From: Massilia sp.
GTDB taxonomy: Bacteria; Pseudomonadota; Gammaproteobacteria; Burkholderiales; Burkholderiaceae_D
Reading direction: 5' to 3'
DNA: 64,000 nt
NCBI RefSeq assembly: GCF_046293535.1
Contig: NZ_JBKBOV010000025.1
Span: forward strand, 6,588-70,587
Made by a program: the position numbers and the translations under genes. A model generated the notes under the pieces. That model saw nothing but the letters and a program-made list of their open reading frames with translations, did not search any database and was not told the DNA's origin. Every line of letters starts with the position of its first letter. Position 1 is the stretch's first letter. This document shows positions 61,294 through 64,000 of the stretch, piece after piece.

Positions 61294-62964
61294 TCAAAGC
61301 TTGCGCGCCGGGATGCTGCGCCCGCCCTGCTTCAGCACCAAGCCCTGGCCGGCCGCCGGCTCGAAACTGATCTCGGCATCGACCTCGTTCGAGAAGAACA
61401 CGGTCTCGCTCATCGGGAATATCTCCAGCTTCGGCTGCCCGGTGGCCTGGGCAAAATAGCGGTCGCCCTCGCGGCTCAGCTCCATCACGAAGCCGGGACG
61501 CAATTCGTAGCGGCCGACGCGGGTATCGAAGGCCGCGCTGGCGATCTTTACCGCCTTGCGCCCGGCCGGTGCGTCGCCGATGCGCTGATGGACCAGCGCG
61601 TTGCCATCCTGGTGCAGCGTCACGGCCGTCACCTGGCCTGCAGCGTCACGCTGGAATTCGAACCAATCCAGGCCGCCCGGCACGAAGAAGGTATCTTTCG
61701 ACGCGGCCTTCAGTGCTACCGGCGGCCGGCCGCTGCGCTGCATGACCAGGCCATCTCCGCCGCGGCGGAACACGCGCTGTACGCCTTTCTCGACCTCGTA
61801 GGTGCCGGTCACCGCGTCGAGCGCTGCGCCATCCAGCGCCACCTCCTTGAATTCGCGGTAGGGCTTGCCGATGGCGATGCCGGCCGCCTTGCGCGCCACC
61901 AGACCCGGATTGGCCGGCCCGCTGTCGCTGTTGGTCAGCACCGCCACGTAGACCTTCCGGTCCGGGACGTGCAGCGCATGGGTACTGAAGCCGTTGATGC
62001 CGCCGCCGTGGCCCATCGCCGTCTCGCCCTGCACCTTGCTGACGTCCCAACCGTAGCCATAGCCGGTGGCCTTGCCGTCGGCCAGGCGATACGAAGTGAA
62101 CGCTCGCTGCCAGCTGGAAGGCTTGAGCAGGCGGCCCTTGGCGATCGCCGCATCCCAGCGCGCCAGGTCGTCCACCGTGGACACGAGCGAGCCGGCCGCA
62201 TAGGGCTGGGTCATGCTGAGCGGCGCGGCGGCGCCATAGCCCTTTTCGGCGCGGCTATGGCCGGCCGCCACCGGCGCCTTGCTGTTGCCGAAGCCTTCAT
62301 AATAGGTGTCGCGCATGCCGAGCGGCTTGAAGATGCGCTGCTCGAGGAAGCCGGCATAGGTCTGGCCCGAGATCTTCTCGATGATCGCACCGAGCAGGAA
62401 GTAGCCCGAGTTGTTGTAGCGGTACTGGCTGCCCGGCTCGAACTCGAGCGGATCGTTCTTGAAGCTGTCGATCATCTGGGCGACAGTGACGTCCTGTGCC
62501 ATGTTGAGCATGTAGCCCGGTTTGCCCGTATAGCTGGGGATGCCCGAGGTATGCGTCAGCAGGTGCTCGATCGTGATCTTCTTTCCCTTGGCCGGGTAGC
62601 CCGGCAGGTGCTTCGTGATGTCGTCGTCCAGCGACAGCTTGCCTTCATCAAGCAGCATCAGGATGGCGGTCGCCGTGAACTGCTTGGTGATGGAACCGAG
62701 GCGCAGCGCCATTTCGGGCGTCATTTTCACACCCTTCGCCGTATCGGCCATGCCGTAGGCCTGACGGAGCACGGGCTTGCCGTCCTTGACCACGATGATC
62801 GTGGCGCCCGGCGCGTCGGCCTTGAAATACGGCGCGATGGCGGCGTCGATGCGGCTGGCCAGGTCTTGCTCGGCAGTCGCGGATTTGACGGCATCCTGGG
62901 CAAATGCAGCCTGCGGTTGGCACAACAGCAGCACGGCAGCACACATGGCGGTACGAAGCAGCAT
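61294..62964 (-). CDS. serine hydrolase (class C beta-lactamase/PBP family) with C-terminal DUF3471-like domains
   Basis: SxxK GSITKQ, LLTHTSG, YNNSGY, GHGGGING; signal peptide. Confidence 0.9.
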   Translation of the reverse strand: MLLRTAMCAAVLLLCQPQAAFAQDAVKSATAEQDLASRIDAAIAPYFKADAPGATIIVVKDGKPVLRQAYGMADTAKGVKMTPEMALRLGSITKQFTATAILMLLDEGKLSLDDDITKHLPGYPAKGKKITIEHLLTHTSGIPSYTGKPGYMLNMAQDVTVAQMIDSFKNDPLEFEPGSQYRYNNSGYFLLGAIIEKISGQTYAGFLEQRIFKPLGMRDTYYEGFGNSKAPVAAGHSRAEKGYGAAAPLSMTQPYAAGSLVSTVDDLARWDAAIAKGRLLKPSSWQRAFTSYRLADGKATGYGYGWDVSKVQGETAMGHGGGINGFSTHALHVPDRKVYVAVLTNSDSGPANPGLVARKAAGIAIGKPYREFKEVALDGAALDAVTGTYEVEKGVQRVFRRGGDGLVMQRSGRPPVALKAASKDTFFVPGGLDWFEFQRDAAGQVTAVTLHQDGNALVHQRIGDAPAGRKAVKIASAAFDTRVGRYELRPGFVMELSREGDRYFAQATGQPKLEIFPMSETVFFSNEVDAEISFEPAAGQGLVLKQGGRSIPARKL

Positions 62965-63065
62965 GGTCGGTCCCTTTCTTGTTGTAGAGGCCTGAAAAGC
63001 ATAGGCCCGGCTTGCCTGGACGGCAAACGCCGGGCGACGAATGGTTGTTTACACGGTCCAGGCGG

Positions 63066-64000
63066 TCAAATCCGGCGACCGGAGAAATGGCGGCTGCCCT
63101 GCGTGAAGCGCAGGGTCTGGCCTTCGAAACTGAGCTCGGCGTCGACGTCGCGGGCGAAGAAGCGGGTTTCGCTCAGCGGGAAGATCTCGACCCGGCGCTG
63201 GCCGCTCGGCTGCACGAAATAGCGGCTGCCGTCGCGCGTCACTTCGAACACCATGCCCGGCTGGATCTCGTAGCGGCCGGCATGCGCATCGAAAACCGCA
63301 TCCGCGATCTTCGCCACGATGCGCGGCGGCGGCGCCTCGCCGCTGCGCACGTGGTTCAACGCCCTGCCATCCTGGTGGTAGGTCACGCCCGTGACCTTGC
63401 CCCCTTCGCGCTGGAACACGAACCAGTCCGCCGTATCCGGCACGAAAAACTCGTTGGCCGACATGGCCCGCAAGACCAGGGGACCACGGTTGGGGCGCAG
63501 CAGGGAAAGGAATTCGCCATCGCGCCGGAATACGCGTTGCGTGTCCTTCTCAAACGTGTACGCACCGGCCACCGCGTCAATCGCCGCTGCATCGAGCGCC
63601 ACTTCCCTGAATTCCGGCAGCGGCTTGCCGATGGCGACGGCGGCAGCCCGGCGTGCCACCACGTCCGGCACCACCGTGCCGGCGTCGCCGTTGGTCAGCA
63701 CCGCCACGTACACGCCCTTGCTCGGGACGCGCAGGCCGTAGGAGCGAAAGCCCCGGGTCGAGCCGCTATGGCCGATGGTCGGCTCGCCCTGGATCAGGGT
63801 CAGCTCCCAGCCATAGCCGTAGTGGCTATCCTTGCCGTCCGCCAGCTTGTAGGACGTGAAGGCGCGCTGCCAGGTCGCCGGCTTGAGGAGCTGGCGGCCG
63901 ACGGCCGCGTCCCATTTCGCCAAGTCGTCCACGGTCGACACCAGCTCGCCGCCGGCATAGGACTGGTTCTTGCCGAGCGGCCGGGCCGCACCAAACCCTT
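63066..64000 (-). CDS. second serine hydrolase paralog, C-terminal part (starts beyond the window)
   Basis: YAGGELVSTVDDLAKWD, GYGW, GHSG; similar to 61294-62964. Confidence 0.85.
   Translation of the reverse strand, partial: GFGAARPLGKNQSYAGGELVSTVDDLAKWDAAVGRQLLKPATWQRAFTSYKLADGKDSHYGYGWELTLIQGEPTIGHSGSTRGFRSYGLRVPSKGVYVAVLTNGDAGTVVPDVVARRAAAVAIGKPLPEFREVALDAAAIDAVAGAYTFEKDTQRVFRRDGEFLSLLRPNRGPLVLRAMSANEFFVPDTADWFVFQREGGKVTGVTYHQDGRALNHVRSGEAPPPRIVAKIADAVFDAHAGRYEIQPGMVFEVTRDGSRYFVQPSGQRRVEIFPLSETRFFARDVDAELSFEGQTLRFTQGSRHFSGRRI

Overview
GC-rich betaproteobacterial chromosome segment; the gene set (minCDE, hemA-prfA-prmC, phaA/phbB, argB-tRNA-Thr-slmA, PEP-CTERM proteins) suggests Oxalobacteraceae, Massilia-like (inference). 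Most of it is housekeeping or metabolic. The standout is an AT-rich island of about 6 kb (about 9590-15590) between a PLP-dependent deaminase gene and phbB. It encodes an apparently complete double-glycine peptide export system: two small precursors with 15-aa GG leaders (one of 59 aa, absent from the ORF track), a 2-TM candidate immunity protein, a HlyD/CvaA-type adaptor and an intact C39-peptidase ABC exporter. Other notable items: a 13-unit array with 11-12 bp period anchored by a perfect DnaA box (41947-42092); a deacetylase-family protein missing its Zn and catalytic residues, next to a GNAT; a divergent RAYT with no flanking REPs, while GTAG-type REPINs lie elsewhere in the window; and a minimal PEP-CTERM-like microprotein. 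All family assignments come from motif recognition by eye; no searches were run.
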